Source: Chrysomallon squamiferum (Eukaryota; Animalia; Mollusca). From it: a DNA stretch of 64,000 bases. The stretch covers positions 11,470,001 through 11,534,000 of the forward strand of contig CM022678.1 in the NCBI GenBank assembly GCA_012295275.1, in the 5' to 3' direction. The notes beneath the pieces are model-generated. The model ran no database searches, was not told where the DNA came from, and saw only the letters and a program-made list of their open reading frames with translations. Below are positions 44,351 to 59,588 of the stretch, one piece after another. Within the stretch, counting starts at the first letter, position 1; every line of letters begins with the position of its first letter. A program made the position numbers and the translations under genes.

Positions 44351-44711
44351 TAGAAAGATATAATTAAAAAGAAAAAGAAAAGAAAGAAGAAAAACGACAG
44401 AAAAAGGAAAGACAGCCGAAAGAAAGGATGAACAAATTAAAGACGAGAGGAGATGAAAGTCAGAAAGAAAGAATGAAATGAAACAGCAAAAATGAATGAA
44501 AGATAGAAGAAAAAAGATAAAAATTATAATAATTATTTACATGATTTCTAATACACGTCCTGGTACAGAAATGTGGATCAAAATGATCGCGCGTATTTGG
44601 ATCATGTAGCTAAACTAAACCACAAAATGTATTTTCCTGTTAACGGGTAGGTCACATTAAGAATCTCTTACTGCTACATATAGCTATTATAGTGATTCAT
44701 ACAAAAACTAC

Positions 44712-44784
<73 letters not shown>

Positions 44785-45594
44785 GTATATTTGTGTTTCT
44801 CTCTTTCTCTTCTCTCTCTCTCTTTCTCTCTCTTTGTATACCTTTAAAGTCTACTAGAAAAGAAATAATTATCTTTAATTTGAGAATATATTTCAGCAGA
44901 AAAGTGAAAGAAAGAGAAAACTGTAAACTTTTACATCACTGTTTGAACACCTGTCACCTGTAACACACAAGTGAAGTCATAATGGTGTCACGTGACCCGA
45001 CGCCATTTTGTACTTTTAAGGTCAAATTTATTTAGCTACAGTTTCCTTTATGTTCTTTCTTCTGTAACTGACAGCCATTTTTTTTTTTTTTTTGTCTACT
45101 CAGGTGCGTGAAAGGTCCAGTAATTACATCATTTCATTTCACGTTTGAAAGTTGCTCATTATAACTTAACGAAACGAAAATCTCTCTCTTTTGCCTTTTT
45201 TCTTCTTCGTTTGGAAAAAAAAAAAAAAAAAAAAAAACATGAAAAGGAAAAGCTAACAGACGAAAAGGTGCAAAAGGAAAAGAAATCAGAGAACTTAAAT
45301 AAAAATTAAAAAACTGTTTTCAAAAAGGAGAAAAACTTGCTAGCCAACACGGTAACATCATCTTCAAAAATATAACTACACTGTGTAGCACCTATTTATT
45401 TATTTATTTATTTATTCATTCATTCTTTCATTCACGTCATTTTATTAGTTTCTTTGTTTGTAGTTGCTGTTTTTGTGTGTTGTGTTGTTTAAAGTTAGAT
45501 ATAAAAAACACGTGGGCAAGTTAAAACACAAGAAGACAGAGTAAAATACGAATCTAAAAATAAAGAAAACACAGAAATGTCATCTCGAGTACTA

Positions 45595-46108
45595 GATATA
45601 TAGATAAATACAGCATATAAATAGATAAATACAATATACAGATAAATAGATAAATACAATATACAGATATATAAATAAATACAATATACAGATATATAAA
45701 TAAATACAATATACAGATATATAAATAGATAAATACAATATACAGATATATAAATAAATACAATATACAGATATATAAATAAATACAATATACAGATATA
45801 TAGATAAATACAGTATACAGATAGATAAATAAATACAATATACAGATATATAAATAGATAAATACAATATACAGATATATATAAATAGTATACAGATATA
45901 TAAATAGATAAATACAATATACAGATATATAGATACAATATACAGGTATATATAAATAGATAAATACAATATACAGATATATAAATAAATACAATATACA
46001 GATATATAAAAAATACAATATACAGATATATAAATAGATAAATACAATATACAGATATATAGATACAATATACAGGTATATAAATAGATAAATACAATAT
46101 ACAGATAT
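45595..46108. repeat. AT-rich minisatellite, about 20-28 bp units (ATAAATACAATATACAGATAT)
   Basis: About 20 copies of the core TACAATATACAGATATA with variable spacers. Confidence 0.92.
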
Positions 46109-47655
46109 ATATATATATATATATATAGATAGATGCATGGTCGGAGAGACTGATAGACAGATAGATAGATAGATAGATAGATTGATTTCGGGATAGATAG
46201 TCACTTATTGTTAAAAATAATTTAACAATAAAAAAAAAAATTAATAATAATAATAATAATTTTAAAAAATTGCAATTATAAAAATACAGACACGTTCTAA
46301 ATTTATTTCATTACAAATTTGACAACGATAGTATGTAGTTACGTGACACAGAACGTATCAAAGTTGTATTGCCTAACACCTAACAATAACACTTATTTCA
46401 ATTTCCCTTTTATGACTGTTAAATCAAATTAATATTGAAATCGTTGTTGTTGGGGGGAGTTGTCGGGGTTTTGGGGTTTCTTTTTCCTTGCTATACTCTA
46501 AAATTTTGTATACAACACATTTTTCGCGTGAGTATTTTAAATTAACTTTGGGAGGTTTGGGTTTTTCTCCAAAACATTTTTTTTTTTTTTTTTTTTTTTG
46601 CGTGTGTCGGGCAGGTGTTTTAGACCTACCAACACGCTCAGTCGAATAACTCATCTCCCTGACTCGCCTATAATTGACCACTTAGCCGAATAAAAACAAA
46701 GTAAACGAGAGACTTCGTAGTGTGTGCTTACCATATCTAGATAACAGCATGTTACAGGACATGTGGTAAGGTTATCCAGACAGAGACAAAAAGAGCGCCG
46801 ACATGTCAGATTTTGTTTTCGCGAGACTGAAAGTCACTGACACCTGCACGTTCTAGTCTCGAGACAACCCCCCCCATAATATCCCCCTTGCCCGTAATTT
46901 CCCCCTTGCTGTCTTTGCACGAAGTAAAACTGAAGTTAAAATTTGTATGTTTCAGAGATTTTGGGTTTTTTTTTTTTATTTCTTTCTCTGCGTTTTTGTA
47001 TTTTAGTGAGTAGAAATTTTGGGTTAATAAATTTCATTTTTTTATCTTTTTTTTTATCTCTTTATTTTTTTTTTTTTACCCTTTAAAGTGTTGTTGTCTT
47101 TAGTAAAGGTATACGATTTTAGAACCGTTTATAATGGATGTAAAAAGAATTTAAAAAAAAAAAAAAAAATCCAACTAAATAAATAGATTAAAAAAAATAA
47201 TAATAAATAAAAAATAAATAGAAGAAAAAAAAAGAAAAAAAGAAAAAAGAAAGAAAAAAAAGAAATCATTTAAGTAGGTAAAATAAAAAATAAAAAAATT
47301 TAAGAAAAAGAAAGAAAAAAAAAAAAAAAAAGAAAAAAAAGAAGAAAAAAAAAAAAATCTCACCTTGTTTTACACGACTCAAGTTGTAAAGTAGAAAAGT
47401 TTCCTAAAATATCTTTTACAAGTTGTTGACGTACACGTAACTTTTTTCTTTCTCTCTTTATTTGTTTTTAAAAGTGAGAAAAACTTATTAGCTGAAGGCA
47501 AAAAAAAAAAAAAAATAAAAAAAATTAAGAAGGAACAACAACAACAAAAAAAATGTTAAGATTTAAAGACAGAAATGTAAAAAGAAAAAAACCCAAATCC
47601 CCAAAGAACTAGAAACTTCATAAAAACTATACGAAATTTATTTTTTTATTTATTT

Positions 47656-47695
<40 letters not shown>

Positions 47696-47919
47696 ACGGA
47701 AGATAAATTAGCGTATCGATATCGTTGGAAGAAAAAAAAGAAAAGAAAATAAAATAAAAAAATAGCAAAAGTCACGTGACAATGTTCAAAAAAGTCACGT
47801 GGCTTCGCTGGAGCAAGTTACCAGCAGACGAGTTTAGCTTGCTGTAAAACGGGAATAGTAACAGAAAAGTTAATAATAATAAAAACAATTAATTAAAAAA
47901 TATATAAAAAAAAAAGTTT

Positions 47920-47992
47920 CGAGCTTGCCAGGATTCGAACCTGGAATCTTCTGATCCGTAGTCAGACGCGTTATCCATTGCGCCACAAGCCC
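47920..47992 (-). tRNA. trnR-ACG: tRNA-Arg(ACG), consensus copy
   Basis: Exact reverse complement of 40313-40385; A10 run at 47906-47915 is the oligo-T terminator on the minus strand. Confidence 0.98.
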
Positions 47993-48367
47993 TAACAGTG
48001 CATAGGAAACTGCTGCATAGATATTGTCTTATTACACCCAGGACGGTCTACACTGCTGCGAAATATTAATCCATATTTTAAACATGTAACCATGGCGATC
48101 TGGCTTGGAAGAAACCCGCTGAAGAAGAAAACAGTTGTTGTCCAAACTTTGTTGTTGATTGCGAAAGACTCCAATAACTCTTCAAGATTACGTAGAAAAA
48201 CTTCAAAAAAGAAAATATGTTATTTTTAAAAATTATCTGTCTGTGTATCTATCCATCTATCTATTTATCTGTCTGTCTGTTTATCTGTCTATCTGTCTGT
48301 CTATCTATCTTTCTATGAAATATACATAAAAAATAAAAAACAAAAATAAATATACAAATATAAAATA

Positions 48368-48418
<51 letters not shown>

Positions 48419-48524
48419 GTAAATAAAAATATGAATAAGCAAATAAATAAATAAATATATAAATAAATAAATAAACAAATAAAAATATGAATAAATAAAT
48501 AAAATAAATAAATAAAAATATGAA

Positions 48525-48559
<35 letters not shown>

Positions 48560-49092
48560 AAAATCCCTAAATAAATAAATAAAATAAATAAATATAAAAA
48601 ATAAATTAAAAAACGTCACTGATTCAAGGCTGTTAATGTCACGTATTTCCGTGGTCTTTCTGCAACAATTGAACTGTACCCTGCCTTCCTACTTGAAAAC
48701 TTTAAATTAAATCTACAAGTAATTAGTTATCTGACAATCTTAGAGATCACCAAGTGTGCAATATAAACACTATCAAGATTTTTTATTTGTTATTTCCTGA
48801 CTTTACAGTGCACTGTGAGTAATTCAGGGGAAGTAATACAAGTTTAGAGTGGTCGGTACTTTTTAACTTGGGAAATATTTACTGCAGCCACCGACACGCC
48901 CACTCAAGAGTTATTTCCCGTTCCGAACGTGATCAGATAGAGAAGAGACTCTGTTTAATATAACATAAACATGACGTAATTTAATGTAATGTGATATAAC
49001 ATGATAAAATACTAGCCAGTATAATATAATATAATATGATACAGTTTAACATGAAATAAAATAAATATTTTTGTAACATTTTGAATGTTATC

Positions 49093-49176
<84 letters not shown>

Positions 49177-49223
49177 CTGAATCTGACTAATTAACAGTGA
49201 TAAAGGCCTTATTTAAAGCAGAA

Positions 49224-49301
<78 letters not shown>

Positions 49302-50023
49302 AAATAACTTTGAACAGTTCAGCAACAAAAGTGTTCAAGCACGCCCGCTGTGCACGCACACATAACCACCACAGTCAGTGAGTTGTTTTTCAAAACAAGA
49401 CAATGCTTCGGTGTGACAACACCTTTATAAATCCGGGCGCATTGACCGTACTCTTTCTTGTTCGTGCGATGTTTTCGCGTGACTCCGGCGGGCCCACGTG
49501 ACTCAGTGCGACTGAGCGCTGAGTGTAAATTATCCTCGTTACAGAACCGCGGGTCTGGTTCGACTGGGAGATCTGCAGCAGCAGCGGATCAGATAAACAG
49601 CAATCAGTGACAGCATGTCGCATTCCTCCTCATTTGACAAACCTTGGCAGAGATGGAGAGGAACGTCTGCTCTTGTTTTTTATGCAGACGTGAAAGAATT
49701 GCACGCGCGCGCGCGAGCGCGTGCTCATGAAATTCGTCGCGCGTCTGCTAACAAAAACACCCTGCTGCGGCGGGAAGAAATGTTTCTGACGACGGATCTG
49801 ATTGTTTTTGTCAACGACCTGACGTGGAGTTCGTGGCGACATCTTCACCAGCAGCAACAAGAATTTTTTTTTATATGCACCTTTACGTGGACAGGAAAAT
49901 ACACCACAAGAAAAACTGATAAATCAGTGAAGTTCAGTCTACGGGTAACTTGGTCTTTTCTGTCAAAATATCCGTCCTTCTGTTTTTCTGAGTATAAGTC
50001 CTTCTGTCTGTTTATCAGTCTCC

Positions 50024-50158
50024 TGTCTGTCTGTCTGTCTGTCTGTCTTCTGTCTGTGTCTGTCTGTCTGTCTGTGTCTGTCTGTCTGTCTGTGTATGTC
50101 TGTCTGTCTGTCTGTCTGTGTCTGTCTGTCTGTCTATCTGTCTGTGTCTATCTGTCTG

Positions 50159-50215
<57 letters not shown>

Positions 50216-50219
50216 TGAC

Positions 50220-50253
<34 letters not shown>
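50024..50253. repeat. (TCTG)n tetranucleotide tract
   Basis: Imperfect TCTG/TGTCTG run. Confidence 0.9.
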
Positions 50254-50254
<1 letters not shown>

Positions 50255-50495
50255 TTTCCATTCGTAGCCTGTCTTCTCATCTTGACATCAATCTTTTTTC
50301 TAATTCTTTCGCCTGGCTTCCTTTCAGTCTTTTTTCTTTTCCATTCATTCTTTCTTTCTTTCTTCTCTCTCTTTCTATCGCTTCTTTCTTTCCACTTCAT
50401 TTCAATCTTTTTTCTTTTGACAATTCTTTCTTTCCTTTCTTTCTACTTCGTTCCAAACTTTTTCTTTTTCATTCCTCCTTTTTTGCTTTCTTTCC

Positions 50496-50629
<134 letters not shown>

Positions 50630-51070
50630 GTTTGTGTTAATACTTCTGTGTTTGTTTCCTCGCTCTGGGAGTGAAGAATGACAGGAACTGGAAACTCGCT
50701 GCTAATACAAAGACATAAAACCCTGCGAGCAGATTTCTTTAACACGTTTCGCTAACTCGGTCATTTCTTCAGTAGTTCGATTACTTCCAAGATGGCGGAG
50801 CTGCATGTAACCAAGATGTGACGTCACAGCTGAGATCGTCTCGCGAGTTTGTGGGACGTAAGTCTGAACATACGTGCTATGACGTGCTTCCACTCTGTAA
50901 GTTTGTAGCTGTACGTAACTCAGATAGAGGGATGGGGGGTGTTCAAGTGAACTGGTAGCAAGGATCTGAGAAACAAATAAATAATAAAAAATAAATTAAA
51001 AAAAATTAAATTAGAAAGATAGAGAAATAGAGAGAAAGTCATAAACAGATAGATAAATAGATGAATAGAC

Positions 51071-51120
<50 letters not shown>

Positions 51121-51669
51121 TACCCTACTGATACTACTACAGCTATTATTACAACAACTACTATTACGACAACTATTACCACAGCTACTACTACTATAAT
51201 CTGTTCTGCTTCTATTACCATCATCACTAGCACTACCGTTACAACTACCACTACCACTACTATTACTACTACTACTACTACTACCACTCCCACCGCTGAT
51301 ACTACTACTACACCTACTGCTAACAGTACTGTTACTTTAGATAATGTTATTACTGTAACTACTGCTCCTACTACTACTACTGAATTTAATAAGGTAAATA
51401 AGGTACCTAAAACTTCTACCATTAAACACTTAAGAACGAAACAGAGGGTATGATCACTTGTATTTTTAAACAATACACGTTTATCTCAACGATGCCCACG
51501 CAGACCTCTACGACGTCGACTGACGTCACGGAGTATCTGGGTTTCGTTTTGTGTAATCAGTTTCTGCTCATTGCCAGACTCTGTGGAAAAGATCAACGCC
51601 AGAAGAGAGAATCTGTATCAGTTACAAACTGACTTACAGCCGTTTTATTAGTTTTCAGTATGCGAGCAG

Positions 51670-51718
<49 letters not shown>

Positions 51719-51759
51719 TAATGTTAGTTCTAGTCTGTCATTAGATACGACGAGATTTT

Positions 51760-51829
<70 letters not shown>

Positions 51830-51977
51830 TAATATTTATATATTATTATTTTATTTTATTTTAGTTTTTACTTAAAATTTATAGGCTTTATTTAAAAAAT
51901 AAAACAATACTTTCAGAACATTGTCTATGTGCAGAGTCTATTCAGACGTACATAGGACAGAGAATATTCAAAATCCT

Positions 51978-52256
51978 AACATACATTCATACATACATAC
52001 ATACATAAACACATACATACATACATACATATAAACAAACACATACATACATACATACATACATACATACATACATACATACATACATACATACATACAT
52101 ACATACATACATACATACATACACATACATACATACATACATACACACACATACATACATACATACATACACACACATACATACACACATACATACAAAC
52201 ATAATACATACATAATACATACATATATACATACATACATACGTACATACATACAT
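51978..52256. repeat. (ATAC)n tetranucleotide tract
   Basis: Imperfect ATAC run. Confidence 0.9.
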
Positions 52257-53049
52257 AATTACACACACGTGTTCTGCCTTAGTAAAAGGGAAACAAACAA
52301 AAAATTAAGATATTTATAAGATCGAGTGTTTTATTAATCATTAAGTTTGATCGATTTCTCAGATCTCGTGAAGTTTTTTTTTTCTGTTTCTCTTGAAAAC
52401 GTAACTTCGTGTGTGTGTCTGTCTGTACGTAATGTATGTGTGTACGCGTTTAGATATAAATATGTTAAAAACAGTGTTGAAGTTTTTCATTATTTTTTTT
52501 CTTTCTAGCAAACCCAGTCAAATATGGCTGAGGCAAATTACCCTTCTTCTGGCAAATACTGCTCAAATTCGAAAAAAAAGCAACCAATTACGTCGTTTTG
52601 TTCTTTTTTTTTCTTGTGTTAAATACGGTAAAACCAGGTGTGTTTTGAATTACTGATATTTAATACAGTCAGAATTCTACATCCGACAATTCAATAAAGT
52701 GTTTAATTAACACGGACATTAAGCGAAGTAATCTAATAATTATGTGCAGCAGCACCAATAGTTTTACTAAAGCTGTTTTCATCTTGAGCGATTTATCGTA
52801 ACGATCTGGTTTAATTAGATCAAGTCTGCGGTATATCGTATGTTTCAGAAGACAAGAGTAATTTTCTCTTCTTGTGATTTGATTCTCAGTTCATGCCGTC
52901 TCACTTGTCTCTGTGAGTCTTTAGAAAGTGAGACGCTGAAAGAAGTTTGAGCTTACAGATAGAGAGAGGAAAAAAGAGACGGAGAAAGAATGAAATGGAA
53001 ACACACGACTTAGAAACTGTGTGGGGAGAGAGAAAGAGACAAAAAAATT

Positions 53050-53122
53050 CGAGTTTGCCAGGATTCGAACCTGGAATCTTCTGATCCGTAGTCAGACGCG
53101 TTATCCATTGCGCCACAAGCCC
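53050..53122 (-). tRNA. trnR-ACG: tRNA-Arg(ACG), variant A69 (C4:A69 mismatch)
   Basis: Plus strand reads CGAGTTTGCC instead of CGAGCTTGCC and is otherwise identical; A7 at 53041-53047 gives the T-run terminator. Confidence 0.94.
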
Positions 53123-53359
53123 TTCTGACAGTTTTCAAACATTCACTTTATCAGTGAAACGTCTACAGTAGCAAAACAGCATCACAGATTCTTTGTAAGT
53201 TAAATTTATTTATCTGCTGATTTTTGTGAAGAGGTGTTTGGATCGCTTCCTACCAGCGGAAGTAAAACACAAGTAATAAAAATATAAGAAAGTGCAAATG
53301 AAGAAAATATCTGTAAGACATTCTTTAATGTATGTGTGCATCCATATTTATATACTAAA

Positions 53360-53436
<77 letters not shown>

Positions 53437-54029
53437 AGTGATACTATAATCACTGTGTAAACTGAAGGAAACCAAAGTCGACCTTTGTTAAGACTTGAAA
53501 GTGAAAACATTCCACTTACCACAACTTTGACGTTCTTTCCGATACTCTGCCGTGTACCGGTCACGTCAGTGTTGACGTAACGTCATCAACTATTTGTTTT
53601 CGTTAGCCGCACAACCTTATCACATTTCACAAATATTTGGCGGGAAAAACGAGTTCTGCTTTGGAGATGGAAACAGAAGCAGACGTCAGCAATTTGCCGG
53701 CTCGTCTGAAATTAATCTGTTGGCAAATTTGATTTTCTGTGAAGGCAGGTGTAGATCGCGGGCTGGAGATATAACCAAGAGTTCTTCTTTGTTGTGTCTT
53801 TTTTTACCATTTTTATTATTTATTTAGTTTGTTAGTTAGTTAGTTAGTTAGTTAGTTAATTTTATTCTTTATGTTTTTTTTATGGTTTATTTTACTATAG
53901 TAAATTGCAAATGTTTAAATCATTTTCATCTTGAAGTTTATACGTTAAATGAAGAATTTGTTTTCGATGATCTGTACATTTGATAAGAAACTGTTCATGC
54001 TTTTGTCTAACTGGCAAATTGTTAGGTTT

Positions 54030-54165
<136 letters not shown>

Positions 54166-54266
54166 TGTGTGTATTTATATCATCATTATAATCACCATCA
54201 GCATTATCACCAGCAATATAATCATCAACAAACATAAGTCTTCGATATTTTCTTCGTTTTCAGTAT

Positions 54267-54298
<32 letters not shown>

Positions 54299-54715
54299 TC
54301 CCTATTTCTCTTTCTTTTTTTTTTTCCTTCTCTCATTCGTTTTGTGACAAATGTTATAGTCAAAAATTATGCAAGGCCAAACAAACATGAATTTATTCAT
54401 TGCTGTGGCAAAGATCAGAGCTGTTTGAAAATGTCACAGTATTTAGATATTAGTGAAATATTCGACACACAGAAAATGTTTCGTCTCTTGACTCGGAGAA
54501 GTGTAAATAACAGTTTTAATGAACAAATCAGACAGCACATTTAGCAAACAATAACAACAGTTAGGAACAATACGTAGGTTGACAGGGAGTGGTGTAACAA
54601 CAGCTACAGCGGCATCAGCAACGACACTAGATTAGTCAGTTAAACGAACATTCAGTGAGTGAATCTTGGTTATCTGTCTATGAGTGCTGATAATAGCAGT
54701 AATAACAATAATAAC

Positions 54716-54763
<48 letters not shown>

Positions 54764-54885
54764 TAATAAATAAATAAACAAATAGAAAAATGGTTAAAAT
54801 ATAATACTAATACTACTACTACTACTACTACTAATAATAATAAATAATAATAATTAATAAATTAATAAACTAATAGAAAAATAGT

Positions 54886-54974
<89 letters not shown>

Positions 54975-55798
54975 AGTAGCAGTTAGCAATTACAAACCCT
55001 TAGAAAAAAAAGAAAAAAAAAGTGTTAACTAAACGAAAACGAGACGAGACAGAAATTAACATTATAACAATCATCTCTATGACGTGTTAGTGACGTATTC
55101 ACTATATTATTAGCTATGTTACCCCTTCATTTCCGCCCTCCTCCATTTGCGATTAGATAGGGGCTGTCTCAAAAGTTTAATTTAAAGATATTAGATATCA
55201 TATATTTATTTATTTACTTATATCATGTTTCCGAAAAAAGAAAAAAAGAAGTTATAGTTCACTAGTGGTATAATTCACTTGATGTGGATTTATGAGAAGT
55301 TGGTTCGAGATTACCGTGAGAAACCGCAAACAACCGCAAACAACCGCAAACAACCACTGACCGCCTACCGCGGTGAAAAGCTTATCACGACGCACAAGCA
55401 GGGAAGATAACTCTAGACCAGTGGTTTCTGGGTTATCTCAAATATTGTGATTAAAAAAAGAGAAAAGAAAAAACAGAAGAGAGATGTTTTTATTTCTGAA
55501 ATGAAATATGAAAGTCATCCCAGTCTACGTTTAGAAAAATCAGAGGTGGATTAACCCTATTAGCAAAATAAGCACGTGCTTGGGGCATGAAGGGAAGGGG
55601 GGAGGGCACCTCAGAAATTTTTCATAGCCGAATTGAGCATTTAAATAATTAAATAAATTAAATTATTAGCGATTTTCAAAAATTAATGAAAAATGAATAA
55701 ATTTTATGGTTTATTTTACTGTTTGTTATTGTTTATATTTTGAATTACAAATGTTTAGGGGCACAACATTTTTTTTAGTACATTTTACTTAGGGGTTC

Positions 55799-55862
<64 letters not shown>

Positions 55863-55894
55863 GGAAGAATGATGTCTTTCATGTGTTACATACG

Positions 55895-56020
55895 ATTAGA
55901 AAGGAAACCCGCTGTAGCCCTGAGGTCTGTTTTATTTTTCCTATTAGCAGAAAATTATCTTTAGTAACCGCCTTCCCATAAACAGTAATAAACTACTTGT
56001 GAGGCAAGGGCTCGAACGGG
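55895..56020. mobile_element. possible decayed SINE body fragment
   Basis: GGAAAACCCGCTGTAGCC...TTCCTATTAGCAGAAAATTATCTTT...TTCCCATAAACAG resembles, from memory only, the conserved core of gastropod SINEs. Short GAAACCCGC matches also near 29177, 48111 and 62428. Confidence 0.3.
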
Positions 56021-56748
56021 GGAAAAAAAAACACAAACTATTTCGAGACTGATAAATAACGTTCTTTTTTTCCTTCTTCTTCTTCTTCTTGTTTTTATTA
56101 GTTATGTAATGCCAGATTATTACGTCATGCGCGTGCCAGAATGTTACTATCTTACTACAATTTATGTTTAGTACATCACAGTCTCTACTCCGCGTACTGA
56201 ACTATTTTCAGAATCGAACGCAGTTTTCCCGCGGCGAAGTGCTACTTTCCAGAAGACAAGTGAACAGTTTTGATAGTTCTGACTTGTCCGTATCGCAAAG
56301 AAATAAATTGCTTTCGTCTAATTTAAGCCTCGTATCGTTCTAAATTCTTCACTTGTTATGTGTCTTCTTTATTTCTTTCTCTCTCTTTTTTTTTTTTTTT
56401 TTTTGCGTGAACATTTTTAAAGAGTTTTTGTTTAACGTTATATAAAACAAAGCTACAAAACATCGTTCATCTTGACATTTATTTTAGATTGAAAAATGTC
56501 TTCAGCTTATCATCATACATTTCCACACGTCTGCGGTTGAAAGAAAGCTTAAATTACATCTCATTGATATACAGATAAAAGGAATAAGAAAACGATTTAT
56601 GGTTAGAAACACCGATTCACAAAGTACATTTTTTCAACGTTTCAGAAAAACGCTAATATATTACTTGCTGTAATATTTATGTTTTTTTTTTTCCTCGTAC
56701 CTTTTTCTTTTTATCCATCTATCTATCATCTATCTGTCTGTTTGTATA

Positions 56749-56780
<32 letters not shown>

Positions 56781-56824
56781 TCTGTCTGTCTGTTTGTCTG
56801 CCTGTCTGTCTGTCTCTCTCTAAA

Positions 56825-56872
<48 letters not shown>

Positions 56873-57331
56873 GAATTCTTTATTTATTTTATTTATTATT
56901 TTATTTTATTTTTTGGTTGTTTCGTTTTCATTTTTTTTGTACTGTTCTATATATATATATATATATATATATTTCTTTATGAAATTTTACATTTCTGAAT
57001 CTCACTGCACTGTTAAAAGATGCAAAACAGAACAACGTCACGTGACAGTTTATTAGGGTGCGGTTCAAATTTACAAGTTACAGGTAATTTATAAATGTGG
57101 AGAATTTGCCGCTGTGTAGCGCTCTGATCAGACGATAACGACAGTGCACAGAACTCGTAGACTGGTTCTCTCGGTAATTAGACTGGCTCCTTAACCGTAT
57201 GTGGCGCCTTTAATCGAGAGCTGCAGGTCTTAGGTTCGAATCTTGTAATTGTCGTTGCGTGTTTTTTTTTTTTTTTTTTTTTTTTTCTTTTCTTGGGGTT
57301 TTTTCTGATTGGCTAGTTATTTTTATATTGT

Positions 57332-57367
<36 letters not shown>

Positions 57368-57410
57368 GTTAGTTAGTTTATTGTTGTTATTGTTGTTGTT
57401 GTTGTTGTTG

Positions 57411-57442
<32 letters not shown>

Positions 57443-58007
57443 TATTTATTTTAATTATTATTTGTTTTTTCATTAGGATTTTAATTTATACAATTTTTAA
57501 TTAAAAGCAAAACTCAAATAATAAACACATACATTAATTATGGATGATCTAGTCATTTTTAAAATGTGTGCGTACGTGAGTGTAGGTAAGTAGGTTTGTT
57601 CGGTGTACCTCTGTCTGTCTGTCTGTTATTATGGTCTGTGTCCACGTGTCTGTGTGTCTGTTTTTCTGCAAACAGCTGAGGTAAAATAATAAAATTAAAT
57701 TAAATAAAATGTTTAATTAGCGTAAACACTAAAATAAATATTTTGCAAATAAAATAAAATAAAAATAAATAATAATATAAAATAAATAAATAAATAAATA
57801 AATAAATAAAAAATAATAATAAAAATAAATAAATAAATAAAAAATAATAAATAAAAAAAATAAATAAATAATAATAAAATAAATAAAAAAATAAATAAAT
57901 ATATCATATTACAAGACAGATAGAAATAAAAAAAAAAAAAAAGAAAAGAAAGACTAGAAGAAAACGAAACGAAATGAACGAAGAAACCAAAAATACATTA
58001 TATTGAG

Positions 58008-58061
<54 letters not shown>

Positions 58062-58096
58062 AAAAAGAAACAGAAAAAAAAAGTTAGACAGCAAAC

Positions 58097-58130
<34 letters not shown>

Positions 58131-58524
58131 TATAGAAAAGAAAAAGGAAAGCAGTAATGAAAATAACTTATCTTCACTGTTATCTCGAGTCAAGGTCATT
58201 AAGTAGAGTAAATAATAGATTCGTTTTTTAGATTACTGTGGACGTGCGTGTGTGTATGTGTGTGTGTGTGTGTGTATGTGAGTAAGTGTGAGTGTGTAGT
58301 GGGCTAGTTATCTGATTTGATGATCACGTTACATCAGCATGTCTACGTGAATACATGTTCTTGTAAAGATGAAGAAAAAAAAAAAAAAAAGAGAAAGAAG
58401 GTGAAATGGAAAGGCAAGAGATAAAAATCTTTAAGAATAATAATAAATTTTGAAATTTGAAATTTATCCCCTGACAATAATAATAATAATAATAATAATA
58501 AAATAAATAAAAATAAAAATTATA

Positions 58525-58597
58525 CGAGCTTGCCAGGATTCGAACCTGGAATCTTCTGATCCGTAGTCAGACGCGTTATCCATTGCGCCACAAGCCC
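58525..58597 (-). tRNA. trnR-ACG: tRNA-Arg(ACG), consensus copy
   Basis: Exact reverse complement of the consensus; T5 on the minus strand about 5 nt downstream. Confidence 0.98.
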
Positions 58598-58637
58598 ATG
58601 AAAATCACCATCATTACATTTCCAATACAACCTCTGC

Positions 58638-58715
<78 letters not shown>

Positions 58716-59126
58716 ATTTTTGTTTCTGACTTATAACATACGCAAACTAAGCAATCTTTGTAGCCAGCTTTTATTTATTTTAATACTTTTACATGTTTAT
58801 GAATTCCACAAAACTGTGTAAAAACACCTTGAAACGTTTTAAAACAAGATAACAAGTAAACATAAAATCGTTGAAAAAAAAATAAAATAAAAAATAAAAG
58901 TCAGAGAATACGAAACTATGCGTGACCCGAGGTCAGCTCTGCACCTCATCACCTCGCTCTGATTTGTGGGATTGATATTAAAAAAATCAGGATGCGCACG
59001 AGCTGTGACGTCATGTCTGGGTTTTGTTACAACGTTATCGAACAAATAAATAGTTTTGATGTTTCTTATCTGAAAAAAATAGAAGTACTCGTGAAAATCT
59101 GCTGACGAAATAATTTTTTGAACTAT

Positions 59127-59189
<63 letters not shown>

Positions 59190-59535
59190 TGTACTACTAC
59201 AACTACTAATTATAAATACTGCAAATAGTTTTGAAACGAATAAGAAAATTCAAATTATGGTACTTGAAGATTTCGTTTCGGTTATGATGTAAAGACATTT
59301 TTTAAAACAAGATTATGTTTGTTACAGTTTTATATTTTGTTCAAGAAGAAGATAATTTTAAACATCGTCTTCTGATGAATTCTAAATTTTGTTTATCTTT
59401 TTCCGCTCCTTCATTCCTACAATTAATTCCTGTATTTCTTTTCTTTTTTCTACTTTCCTTTCTCTACCTTTTTGTATGTCTGTACGTGTGTATGTATGCC
59501 TGTATAATGTATATATGTATATTTGTGTGTTTGTA

Positions 59536-59588
<53 letters not shown>

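Noticed and set aside
54664-54684. miR-9-like TCTTGGTTATCTGTCTATGA
   Set aside because: Seed differs (one T missing) and there is no hairpin.
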